Assembly: GCF_902652985.1 (NCBI RefSeq)
Contig: NC_047027.1
Location: 13,826,001-13,890,000 of the forward strand
Source of the DNA: Pecten maximus
Taxonomy: Eukaryota
Reading direction: 5' to 3'
DNA: 64,000 nucleotides
Shown: piece by piece, positions 28,041 to 41,800 of the stretch
Layout: each line of letters starts with the position of its first letter
Position numbering within the stretch: position 1 is the stretch's first letter
Translations under genes and position numbers: made by a program
The notes under the pieces: generated by a model
What the model was told of the DNA's origin: nothing
The model's input: only the letters and a program-made list of their open reading frames with translations
Databases searched by the model: none

Positions 28041-30384
28041 AACACCGGGATTATACATAATTTAAACGAAATTGTTATTTCTTGCATGTTCTTGAGTCTC
28101 CATCATTTAATGTCTATGTTTTACTGGAGTTATGACACTTGACATCTCAAGGTCATTTAGGTCGAAAGTGAAACAGTATTTGTTGTTATTGCGTGGAAAC
28201 AGTTTGTGTGAAGCGAATATTCAGCGAAAATCGCGATTCACTGAAAACCAAATTGTTTCACCAATATGGGCGTTATGTCCCCAGGCCGAGACATACCAGA
28301 GTCTTGCAAATGGTAGTTGCTACACCTGCTTAGCGCTCAAAATTATGGAAGTGGGACGACAGGTTTGACCGATGGCAGTATAATGTGACCGGGTGTGATG
28401 TCCTGCTTGGTGTCTGTGGAAGTATGCTTCAGTGAGGTAGCACTATAAATCGGCAAATGCTCCGGCCTATCACAAGGAGACTAACACGAACATACCATAG
28501 CCACACGCATGCATATCGCACGCAAGGGAGTCTTTCCTTAAATACCCCTAGCTGTTGATAGGACGTTAAACAAATAAAACCAAACCATATTGTTGCGCCC
28601 CGTTATACTAATTGAACTCTCCGCTTGTTATGGTGGATTTGTTGTTAACTACAACATATATTGGACTCGTTACCATACTCGCACACTGATCGTGACTTCA
28701 GTTTTCTGAATATCATCACACATATATAATCACTGAAGTTCAGACAAAATTATCGTGCGTACAGTGATTTTGTCTGAAGTCCAGTCGTGTTTCTAGAGTG
28801 TTAATATGTGTACACCTGAATCACGCATGCTATTCTGTTTGATCGGGAACGCAGTCATGGCTGTTGCTTTGGCGTATTTGTATTTGTACTAAACCAACCC
28901 CGTGCTAGACCTCTGCAGTACGGCATAAGAATTATACCCGCTTCCTCCATGGCTCAACCATATATGTTTGTTTCTTTCTAGACATATCTTCGCCTCACTA
29001 TTAGCCTGTAGTTGAGCGGTCACCTCTGTGAATAAGTCTTTTGGTTCTATCCTCTGACCGGTACATAACCTAGTGTATTACATGGGAAGTTGCTACTCCC
29101 GCTGAACGGTCAGCATTTTACGAGTGAGACGTATGGTTTCGTATTGTTAAAGTCATTTCAAGAACTAAGTAAGTTCATTTGAGTGTGGTCTTCCCTGTGG
29201 GAGAGATGCGGGTAGGTGTGTTTTGTTGTTATTGTGTTTTGTTGTTTTGTTTTTGTTTTTTTGTTTTTGTTTCTTTTTGTTGCTGCTGCATAATGTTGTT
29301 TGTCTCCTCGTGATAGTCTGTATACTTACTCTATATCGCTACCTCACTGAAGATTACTGCAAAGGAAACCCAGTAGAACACCCCATCCGTTCACATTATA
29401 CTGACAACGGGTGAACCAGCCGTCCCTTCCCAAAAATGACGAATGGTCCGTTGTCAGAATAATGTGATCGAATGAGTTGTTCTTTGGGATGTTTATGGCG
29501 GTATGCTTTAATGAGATAATATTATAAAGTCGACATCAAGTCCACGCTATGATAATAAACACGAACATACCACAGCCTCCCACGTACACGTACACTACAT
29601 GCATTCATCGTATACACATGATTGACCGCCCTTTAATATGCATAGGATAATAAAAATGTAGTCACCACAGCTGTTGATAGGACTTTAGACGATACAAAAT
29701 AAACACCAATCCCCTGAACGATTCATCAACTTCAATATTCAAGAGTTTCGGTATATTGTTTGATTGGTCGGTTGTGTTTGAAACCACATCACTAGTTGTT
29801 TTCATGAATACATATCATTTCATAATATTCTTCATTCCATTGAAAATAAATAAAATCCTTAAAATGTGTTTTCCTTTTCGCTGTCTCTAATCGAATTTAT
29901 GAAAGGGTGCCAGATTATAGTCTAGGCGGGAGGCTTGTCATTATATTGTGCTTATAATCCTATATACCGCGACAGGTTTAAGTCAACACACATGACGTCA
30001 ACATGAATAAAAGAGTTAATCGATTACTGCACATTGGAATACATAAACACTGTGCAAATATCATCGTTCATCGGCGCAAGTGTTTCTTTGAAGGTGGCAT
30101 TGACATGTGACAAAGGTAACTATTTATTGATGGTCTTTTTGATATTAGCTAAACCCCAAGCTGTTGACAGGACGTTATAAAACTAAACCTTAACCAACAC
30201 TGCCATAAACAAATTCTGGCTTAAGTATCCGACCTGTCAGCGTGTGTCTGTAAATCCGTTCTCTACCTAAAATTTATCACAATATTGTATTGAAGGAAAG
30301 CCTGTGATAACTTATGATATTGTGGTATTTCGTTAGATATATGTGAAAGAAATTATTTTGTATTATTTGCCTTTTCTATGTATA

Positions 30385-30882
30385 TTTTTCATCAGATGGT
30401 GGGCTATTCAAATCGCCGTGCGTCCGTGGTCCGTCGTCCCGTCCGTCCCTCCGTCCCTCCGTCTGTCCATCCGTAAACAATTCTTGTTATCGCTATTTCT
30501 CAGAAAGTACCTAATGGATCTATCTCAGATTTAATATGTAGGTTCCCCTTGGTGCCTAGTTATGCATATTGCATTTTTTGACTGATCGGCAAACAACATG
30601 GCCGACAGGCAGCCATCTTGGATTTTGACCCTTGAAGCTTGTTATCGCTATTTCTCGGAAAGTATTGAAGGAATCTTTGTGCAATTTCATGTGTAGGTTG
30701 CCCATGGTCTATAGTTATGCATATTGCATTTTGAGACCGATCGGAATACAGCATGGGATTTTTCTCAATTTACACAGATTAGTAAGAGGAAGGGAAAAAT
30801 AGAGGGAAGATCAATCTGACATGGAACCTATAAAGATCATTCAATGGTTGGCGCCAGGATCCCTCTGGGATCCCTTGTTTTA
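30385..30882 (+). mobile_element. pearl/HINE-like non-autonomous element (Helitron/Helentron-associated type)
   Basis: (GTCC)n-like microsatellite near the 5' end, ~156-bp internal core repeats (CTTGTTATCGCTATTTCTC at ~30483 and ~30639), and a 3' short palindrome GGATCCCTCTGGGATCC followed by a T tract. Confidence 0.7.
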
Positions 30883-32732
30883 TGAACAATATTCAAAATA
30901 ACGAATTAGACTAATTGTTCACAATAAAAATTTAACGAAATTTCACAACTAACATTAGAAAAACAATTTTCTTTATTTTAGACATATTATATCAAAGAAA
31001 AAATATTCCCCTGTTCTATTACTGGATTTTGTGTTCATTTCTGAATGCTTAAAACTAGAATAACAAACATACGCTGATATCTTTAATTAATCAAATCAAA
31101 AAGCATTGTTTTTGTATTTACACTGGATGCGATATGTGCTTGATATATGACATATGCAAATTGAATCAATATTTTTAGATTAAAAGTAAAAATACCATAC
31201 GCTGTATTTTAGTAAATGTGTAGGAAGTAATCACGTTATGTGTCCGTCCGTCATTTCGTGTATGAGTCTGTCCGTAATAAGCCTTCGTACAAGCTGTCTC
31301 ATTTACCCCCGATTAATAAGTTTATATTTACAACAACACAACATTATAATCTGATCATGTCTCCTATGTATGACACAATGAAGAAACCAAAGTGGATCTT
31401 CTGTCCCATTGCAACACATTTTTTCTCGTTGCCATGCTTTTCTGTGAGTTTTGTTTGTTTTCTTTCTTTTTTGGGGGGGGGGGGGGGGGGGGAGGGGGTC
31501 TTCTTAAAACGTGTCTCTTTGACACACGTCCGAAAAACCTAAAACAAAAACATACCTTATAAGAGTTCGGTGGTCATAGGTCAAGGTCACACTTGACCTA
31601 TTTCAAAAGCGAATGATTGGACTGGGCTTATGAGAGCCAGACCCGAATGATTTTAGACTTGCTGCAAAAGATCCTGCGATAGCGCTGATCAAATCGTTAT
31701 GTTCGCCCATCTTAAAAAATCGTGCATCAAACGTCTTCTGAAGTTCAACTGTTACCATTTAGCTGAACATTGGTGAAGACATTACGGAAATGGAGCGGAG
31801 AAATTTGTTAATTGTTGGCCTCGTCATTGCGCAATCATGGTTTACTTTAACAATTACTATGTCAGGTTTCTCAAATTCTGTATATGAGATTGATATAAAA
31901 CTTGCCAACATTATCCTGAGACGGGTTGTCCGAGTCTCATTTATTACTCTAGCAGTTCCAAGTCCAAGATTGCCTCTTTCTTAAAAACATTTAAAAACTT
32001 CACCAGTTCGGCTACTGAGCTAAAAATTTCGATAATTTCATGGAAGTATTGTTCCTTATTTAGCATTGTCAAAATTGGAATATCAATAGTTGAAAATGTT
32101 TTATAGTCAGATTAAAAACATCATTTCAATCGTATATTTGGTATATTAATCTGTAGAAAAACTAAACCAAAATTGCAAGATCGTGACAAAATGGATGGAG
32201 TTCAACATTTTAACGTGTTCCATGTTAGAATATTCTTGAATGATTATTTTTACAGTAAATAATACAAAACCACGGTACTGGATAAACACGAATGTCATAT
32301 TTATAACATTTCAGATAAGCGCCTGCACAAACAATCAGTCCGTGTTTGCTATATCGTTTTAGAGTTAGTCACCAGTATATGAATTATCATGTAAAGCACC
32401 CTTCAGAGAGTCTGATTGGCTAAATGCTTCCATAAAAATTTTGCGTACGATTGTGTGATTCGTTATTAGGTTTTAGATGTTTGGTTAGTTAGATAAGATA
32501 CATTAATTCGTGTCTTCATTGTATTGTTTTCTTTATTAACAAAATTACCTGTAAAACCATTTGCGTAGATATTTTGAAGAACAAAAATTCAAATTAGTGC
32601 GCAAAATATTTCAGTTATATCACATTCAGGACAAATATAGTAAAACGTTAAGTTAACTAACCTGATTCAGTTCTCGTTTGCAGAAAATCAGGATGTTTAG
32701 AACAGCTTAACTGTAGTCATGGATGCATTCCG

Positions 32733-32765
32733 TATAAAAACCGATAACTTGTAAAAATCGTCAGT
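32733..32765 (+). promoter_or_regulatory. Candidate core promoter (TATA box plus Inr) of the VWA/chitin-binding gene
   Basis: TATAAAAA at 32733 and TCAGT at 32761, about 30 bp apart and ~80 bp upstream of the ATG at 32843. Confidence 0.5.
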
Positions 32766-32842
32766 GGGAGTTCGCCTGTTGGCAAAGATAGTCGAATACG
32801 GCAAAGACTTCAACTTGAGACGCCCTCGCGTCTGATATCACA

Positions 32843-35800
32843 ATGAAGACATCTGGCCTCGCGAAGTTTCTTGTTACAGGTAATCAACAATATTGGTTTG
32901 TTTTCAGCTGATGCCAGCTAAGGAAGTTCTGATAATGCTAATTCGCTATTCTGTTGTTTTTGATGTTTTAATATATATGTATTTTTCAATGCATGCATCA
33001 ATTTACATTTAGCTTACCTCTGTGTTACAAATTTATCACGAAACTTGTATTCAATGTCATGTTTCTTTTTTTAACCAGTTTTAGGGGGGAAATGTATACG
33101 TTATTCTTCCAATGAGTGAATATCAGATCATTTAATGCTTTACTTAATTTTATTTAGAGCAGTGCCTGTCACACTTCGCAATGTTGCCGTTTTAACGAAA
33201 ACACCTTTTACGATACCACTTGTGGCGGAGATCAGGTGTTTATCTATGTTCAATTCTTGTTTATTTTAGTTTAGGTTCAAATCACTGAGTTTTTTAAACA
33301 ATTTTCCATTCTGGAATTAAACATATCATTTTATAATTTCAAACAGTGCTGTTGCAGTCGTTTTGCAATGGTCAGTCCGATTTGACCATACAGGAGCGAA
33401 CCTTTGGGTCAGCTGTTGTTCAGGCAGTAACTGATCGTATACGGAGTAGTTGCATATACTCAGATGACCGACTGTTTATCAGACGCTTAGCCATTGTTCA
33501 GTCAGATGACGGAGGCGTCAACACTACCTACCGAAACGGATACTATGGCGGAATATGGCAGGTAAGGTTTCCTTTTATCTTAATCCCTCGCTGTTATAGA
33601 CTAGACAGAAAAATACATCACATTAAACCTGAATGAAGCAAAAAGCATTCTACGAACCTCGGTTTAAACATTGAGTCATGAACAGTATAATTGTCAATAA
33701 TTTTTAAATGATTTATCTTGAACTTCCCCTAATCAAGAAAACAATCATATAATAATTTCTAAAAAAAACTGTTCACTATCAGATAAAACTAAATCATTTT
33801 AACGATTCAGTCAATTTACTTTATAATCTTGCTGGGTTCCTAGGCTTACTGAAGTACTAGGTTAAAAAAAAACAAAGCGGCTTACACCGCGAAAACGGCA
33901 TTATAAATTCCACCAACTGATTTTAAACTTTATTTTGCTAATTTAAATCATTTGTTACTAAATATCTTATATCACTGTTTCATAATTGGCCAAGCATTTA
34001 AAACACATTTCTAGCTATTTAAGCATTAGGATCAGTCTCAATTCATCGAATCAACCAGTAACTGTTAGATACATCTGAATTGCATTGACTACACTTTTCA
34101 ACGGTTTGTTTCTATAACACAGCATATATTGTCTTAAAACATTTTGAAATTATGTACCATTAAATTTGTTTTATAGATTTCGTATTGGTTTAATATTTTT
34201 AGTCCTAATAACCTTAACCGTGTTGTTGTGTCGATAAGAATAAAATAACTGACTGGAGATATCTTATCAAACTTACTTTCTGCTAGGAAAAATATGTATT
34301 AAAATTTTAAAAAAAGCACATTTCATCATTGGCTGAAGATATTGAACCTTCTGGTTTATACTTCCTTTCATTTCTGTCAAATCTGCTCACTTACGTCAAA
34401 ATTCATAGTAAAAAGTTATTAAAAATCTAAAACTAGAACGTGAACCGACACTTTTTTTTTATTCAATTTTTTTCCACATAATCACATACATCTATACATC
34501 GCATATGTAATTGGATACATTATTATTCACATTACAACTTAATATTCAATGACAATTTCTAAGAAGATTATTTAAATTTTCATTATATTCCTAATATGGA
34601 TGTACATTACATTACACATGTAAAAAAGAAAAGACATGTAGCTGTTGTTACCTCACGAAACATGGTAAATCTTTAAACAGAAACTGTGTACATTTTGTAG
34701 TTTACAAAACCATTGGTTTAGCAATAGATAAAAATTGTGTAATTTACCAACCAGCTAATTAGTTAACTTTATATTTTACCCTTTCCCTTTTACTGACCTT
34801 ATCTTTATATTCATAATATGCATGTACAAGTACAACATATGTAAAATATGGACATGCATCTGTTAATTGTTACCTAACGAAACATGCTAAAACTATAAAC
34901 AGAAACTTTTATAGTTTACTAATTGGTTTAACAATAGACAAAAATTGTGTAATTTACCAACCAGTTAACTTGTTAACTTAAATGTTGATTAATAAATATC
35001 CATTTATAGTTTACCTTTTCTGGTTTTTTATGATGATATGTATATATCTTCTATTTTGTTGTAATGGTTGATGTATTGTTTGCTTTCTGAAAATATTGGA
35101 GTTGTGTTTTTCAGTTTACACAAATATATATAGTATCTCATAAGCAGCAATACAAAGTTTATCTAATAATTATGTTCTATGTCTGTTACACCAAGACGAA
35201 AGGTCATTGGATGTCTAGGTAAAGTTATTTGGCATTTGTTTTCCAAAATTTCCATAAACAAAAGTTTTGACAACACTACATTCCCAAAATAATAGAAGAA
35301 TAGTTTCTCTTCCAATTGTGCAGAAGGTACATCTTTCAGTTTCTGAAAGTTTACATTTCATCAACTTAGTATTGGTATACAATATCCTGTGTTCTAGTTT
35401 ATAATGAAAGTTAATAAGTTTAGTATCATCAGTTACCTCCCTTGTTAGAAGATAAAGTAATTCCCAAGTTTCATCACTGATGTCAGTATTTAATATTTCT
35501 TGCCACTCTCTTTGGCTATTAATTGATTTTTCAGAAAGAGGTCTGATCATAATATGATAAAATATTTAGTGACTATATCGTGTGTATTCAAATAATTAAT
35601 CAACATATATGGAATTATAGGTATATCTACAATACAATTACTATTCCGTAGAATGTCCGTCCAGTTTCTTGGTATGGCATTCATAACACCAAAGTACTCT
35701 ATAAAGTTTACATTTATACTGTATTTATGAGAAAAAGTTTCATAGGACATAAATATATTGTTTTCTAATAAATCAGAGACAAAAAATATATCTTTTTTAC

Positions 35801-38800
35801 ACCAGTGTTCATAGAGAAAAAATATACTGCCTCTTTTAATATAGTTATTGAAAAAAATAGGTTGTGATATTATTTCTTCGGGGGTTGTGGGGAATACATG
35901 TTCTTGTATAGAGGCCCAAGATATGAAAACTTCCCTCCAAAAAGTATTGAATTTTTTTGATAATTCTGTTAAACCATCTTTAGTCATTTTAAAATTGTAT
36001 CCCCTCCAATACACTCTAATTTATCTAAAAGTATTTTTTTCCAAGCTGCATGATTTGAGGGATCCATAATCTTTTTTATCCACGACATCTTTAAAGCATG
36101 ACAAAAAGTTAAAACATGTGGTAGGCGTAATCCCCCATTTATATAATCACTATACACTATATTTCTCTTGATTTTGTCTGGCTTACCATCCCACAAGAAA
36201 CTAAAAAATGTTTTTTGTAATTCAATAGTAAACCGACACTTGGCGCGTTGAATTACATCGCCGGATTAGAAACAGCAAATCATTGGTTTGTTTATTATAT
36301 ACCGAGAAGTTCCACTGCCAATTTATGGTGGATTTTTACGTTTAACCTATCTTTTTAATTGTTGTTAGACTCGCAATCGCTCTGTAAGTTCTATATGATG
36401 TGATGTTTCCCAATCGTTTTCTTTGCCTTCACGGCACCAATCAGTACATCTGACCAACTTTGGACTGATGCAAGGCTTTGATCGCCAGTCCGCCATTCTT
36501 CAAAACAAATATTGTGATAATGTGTGAATGACATAATGTGTGAATGACATAGTTTGACGATAATGTGTAAGTTCATCTTGTTATCAAACAATAAGCCAAA
36601 AAATGTAAAGAAGGGGAAAGTAGAAATAACTTCCATTCAGTCGTGGACAACAAGATAATTCTAGATGTCTTGTTTATTTTAGATTGATGTGTATCTTTTT
36701 TTGATGTACCTAATACTTAACACCCATAACCTTATTGATTTGGAGACCCATTCACATATCTATTTTAGATTGATGAAGCGAAATTTAACATCACTAGAAA
36801 CTGTAGCTCTTCTGCAATAAGCCAGGAATGCAGCGCTATATTGTCTGAATTCAACATCAATTGGCGTACTGTTCAGTGGACAGACCTCTGGAAACCACTG
36901 TACTCCGGCCTAGCTGCGTCTCTATACCTTAAACTACAAGGTGTTGACCCTGCCCCCGCTGACCTTTCAAGTCAGGCATATCTTTGGACAAATCATTTCC
37001 AGCCGGCCCAAAGCGAGTTAACTTACACGACAAAGATTCAGCAAGCAGAGAGCACTGCCGATGGTAAGTGTTTTAATATGCGATTCTTTTTTTAGAATAA
37101 GTAAAATTATGATCCTTTTAAGATGATAACGAAACGATGTAGTTTCATGAATAATTTCATAATTTATTTTACTTTTTTATTTTAATTTTTTTAATTTTCA
37201 ATGTATGTCTTTTGTAGCATTGAAAATACAATAAGCCATCATCATCTACCAAAATCGGATTTCAGTCTTTTTTTTTTTTCTCGGAAGATCTTACTTTTTT
37301 TTGTTGTTTTTTTTTCAAAGTGGACGTATCCTACATTATTGCTTATTGTGATATATTTTCGTGGGACGCACCCTTCCATTAAACATTAATATCTTCTCTA
37401 ATAACGGTTGGTGTGGCGTACCCTACTCACATGCATTAAGATATATTCTAATACAAATTTATGAGACATACCCTACTCATATTTATTATTATATATTTTA
37501 ATACAGGTTCGTGTGACTACAAACCTATAGATGTTGTTTTCATCATTGACGAGTCCGGGAGTGTTGGGTCTACCAATTTCAACAAAACATTAAATTTCCT
37601 ATCGGAGGTCGTAGACAACCTAAATATCGGACCTAGTACTGTACATGTTGGTCTCGTCAAGTTCAGCTCTTTTGCTACTCTGGAATTCTATCTAGGAACA
37701 CATTCGACAAAAACATCCTTAAAGTCAGCTATTTTGAATACCGCATATAGAAGTGGAGGGACAAGCATCGGGGCGGGTATACAGCACGCAGACAAGTATG
37801 TCTTTCCAGAAATATATGGCGGAAGAAAAGATGCAACAAAAATTGCCATTTTGGTCACGGATGGTGTGTCATCGTCTGCTTCGTTTACTAAACAAGCAGC
37901 AGACGCTGCCAAGGACAACCACATTAGGATCTTTGCTGTGGGGATTGGACGTATCAATATCGTAGAACTCAACTATGCAGCCAGCGATCCCGCCTGTACA
38001 CACGTTTCAGTTCTGACAAATTTCAACCAAATCGATGATATCATTTATGAAATCAAGAAAAGCGCCTGTAGAGGTAAATGTATTTACATTTTACGTGAAC
38101 AACTCTCGTATCACGTTAACAACTTTCGTACCACGTGAACAACTCTCGTATCACGTGAACAACTCTCGTATTGAAGCATTTTCTCATCCATTGGCTGTTG
38201 CGAACACGTTTAAACCCTCTTAAGAAAAAACTGTAATTGTGGTTATTTACGCCGAGGTTAATTTCACGATTTCGATATGTAGACTATACGCGTGCGTGGA
38301 ATTTTCGCGATCAAAAGGCCTTTGCGTAATAAGTGAATGTTTTCCCTCACAAAAAATCGACGTTTACAGTATGTACCTTGCCATGGTTTAGAAATATTTT
38401 AATTAATTTAAAGATTCAGGAAAAAAGGGGAAAACGAATTCAATAAAGATGCAAACAAATGTTTTTAAATAAATCAGATTGATGCGAAACGGTGAAATTA
38501 TCATTACAGTGAAAATCTGAGACAGATAATTGTCAGCCTTAGCTGCAAATTCTTCCTATTTTTGGTTATTAACGGACTATTTTCTTTCAGCGTCAAACCA
38601 GGTAGGAGAGGAAGCCGAAGTGGACGGGGTTGTAACGGGAGAGGACGGATCTACCATTCAAATTGACACTGGCGACGGCAACAACAAGACCATCACTGTA
38701 TGTATATTAAAAAAGCAAAACAAAATTTCACGGTACTAAAAGTGAATGTTGATGTATATGATTTTAGAAAAAAGTAAATAACACTTTAGTTTTGATTTAA

Positions 38801-41800
38801 CATCTTCATTATTTGTTTTGCCTAATCATTATTGCGAGCCTCCTTACAAAAATCCCTTGAGCGATTTCCTACGTATTTGTGTCAATTGATACGAATTTAT
38901 AAATTGTTATCCACCACATTCTCCATTTTCTTAACTTTTGTCATTTGTTTTTTCTTAAGTGGAATGTTTATCTTGATTGCTGTATTATTTTATATCAAAC
39001 GTTACTGTCAAATCTGCTTTGTAAAATGCCTATATTAACTGCACAATTTAAGGCAAACATACATTTATATATCTCTTTGAACGCTACGTAATGCTTGCTT
39101 CAATTCACAGACAGAAGTAGATTGTGGTGAACTGAGCGTGTTCAGTTCATTCTATACGTCACATCCGGGTCCTGCGTTCTACGACCAAAAGGATACTGCA
39201 ATAGAAGGTTCCCCGTCGGTGTTCGTTGTCCACGTGACCGACAGCCGGCCTCTCTACATAACGTTTGTTAGACTTAACCCCGATCCTTCCTGTCCTAATG
39301 CATCGTACACTGTGAACGTTTCCAATGATCATCCAACAGACACGGGTAAGTACATACTGCGTGAAGCTACCAGAATCATTATTTAATATTTGAAGACGGT
39401 GGGGACAAGGTGGTATAGTGGCAGGACACAGGGTCACGTGCCCAAAGTGTCGATAGTTTAAGTCCAGTCACGGGGTTGTGTTGTACCAAGATAATTTACT
39501 CAGTTGTGTTCGAGTGGTGGTAGGGCAGTGCAGACAAATTTAGGGTGTACTCTGTAAAGTGCTAATATTGAAGCTCCTGATGTCAATAGTCCATGTCATG
39601 GACGCTGTGTTATGGAAGCTCCTGATCTTAATAGTTCAAGTCCAGTCATGAGCGTTGTGTTGTATCATTGAACAAGATACTTTATTCCGTTGTGTTGGAG
39701 TGGACTCAGCTGTAAATGACTAGGTAGTAGGGCAGTGCAGAAAAAACTAGTGTGTACTCTGTAAGCGCTGATATGGAACTCCAGATGTATGCTCCTTAGG
39801 GCATTGAGAAATGCATTGGATCTGAGATGGTTACGTTGCTTTGATATAGGGGTATATATATAGAATATTATAATATAATTATCAAAAATTAGTAAAATCA
39901 ACAGAGTGCAATTTAACCATATAAAGCATTGATGGACATAAAGAGATAAACAATATCCCGTTATATACCATAGGGACTTAGGGGTTGGTAGTTTCTTGGC
40001 TACATATATTTTTATAAATCGTTGAGATCCCCCATTGAGATATATAGCATTGCTAGGCATCAAGGGATGAAGTGAGTTAGTTTATTGGTTATATATTTGA
40101 AATATTTGAGATCCCTATCCTTTAACAATATCTTGTTCGATACCAACAATTAAAGCTATTAACATTTGATCCAATCCAACCATGTGGATTATACAGGCCT
40201 TCTGGGCATCTTATCGTTTTAAACTAAACGTTAGTGTTCCTATATATAACTTTATTATTTATCTTATTTTGTTATCAATAAAATGTACAAGTAATGATAC
40301 AACATTCACACACATATCAACACATACTAAGACCGTTACCTGTATATATGTCCACGTTCTCACCGAGTACACTTCATATACATTGTTTTCAGAATTCAAA
40401 ACATAATCTTTCTATACTACTTGTATATACAGAGCATACATTTCAGTCAATGCCACGATATACTTGTAAACAAAGTATCTTTCATTTTCATAAAATACAT
40501 CAATAATCATACATTCAAACCACATATATCATTATATATTTGAATAGTGTGTTAGCCACGTACACACCTCACTCCATAAACAATGTGCCTGATACATGTT
40601 TCAATCAGTCAATTTATTTTTTACGAGTGAAAATAAGGTCAATCAAAAATGCAATATCTTCACTTATTTAACCCACATACAGTATTACTCATATCCTTCG
40701 AGGTCGAGGTTATAAAAATAAAAATACGCTTTTTTATATTTCGCATTTTACTCAATGTTTGTGCTTGTTTCATTATCATTATTTTCCCCTACTGATCTTG
40801 ATCGTATTGATGAGTCGTTTAGAAATTATAAATATATACTACTTTGGTCAGAATTTTGAATATGAATTCAGCATTAAAATTCTATATAAAAATTGTGCTC
40901 TCTCCAGCAAGGAATAACGGCATAATAACAAAACCATAATTAGAACTCAAAACTCGTAAAAACAAAGCTAATATTTAAGCAAAAATATAGATTCCCAAAA
41001 AGGTACAAAGAAATTGAGACCAGATGTTTCGGATGAGAAATCGTCTTCTGGTTCATCGACGACCAACGCCATACAAATTTAGTTCAAATCCGCAAAGTCG
41101 CACTCTCAAAGGACTGTTAGGGTGGTGACAATGGAACCACTTGGCATATCGATAAGCATCAAACAAGTCAAACTCCATATTTCTTTGAGAATTCCAAATG
41201 AGGTTATGATCTCGACCTAGGAACATTCTCGTTGTCTGTAACCTTGCATCTGCCCAAACCTCATGTTCATTTCTCCGTCAGTAGTTGACATCGATCACTG
41301 TAATCGTGATAATGGGAACGAGGCCATTAAATGTCGAATTATCTAATTAAATCATGTTGTATAGCTTACAATTATTTATTTTCTACCAGGTACTGACATC
41401 ATATGCAAAGTGAACGGCAAGTGGCAGTTATGTGGTTCCGGTAATGTAGACGGGGATGACGATTTTAACGAAATATGCGGAGGTATGATCTTAGAATTAC
41501 TGATATATATTTGCTAATGAACACTGTAACAGAATTGTTTAAAGTGTTGATCACTGAGTTGACTACATATATATGTGTGTTTTATGTAAATAATCATTAA
41601 TTATAAAACATCAATCAATATATAGAAATCAATACTCACAGAAAACAATCGAAATGTAGAGTACGATGCTGATGCAAATCAAGGTATTAATAGAATATCA
41701 TATAATTTGTGTTGTAGTGTATGAAAATACCGACTGGAATACTATATCTAATCCCTGTAAGAAGGACGGCGATAAGTACCACTCTCACCCGACAGATCCG

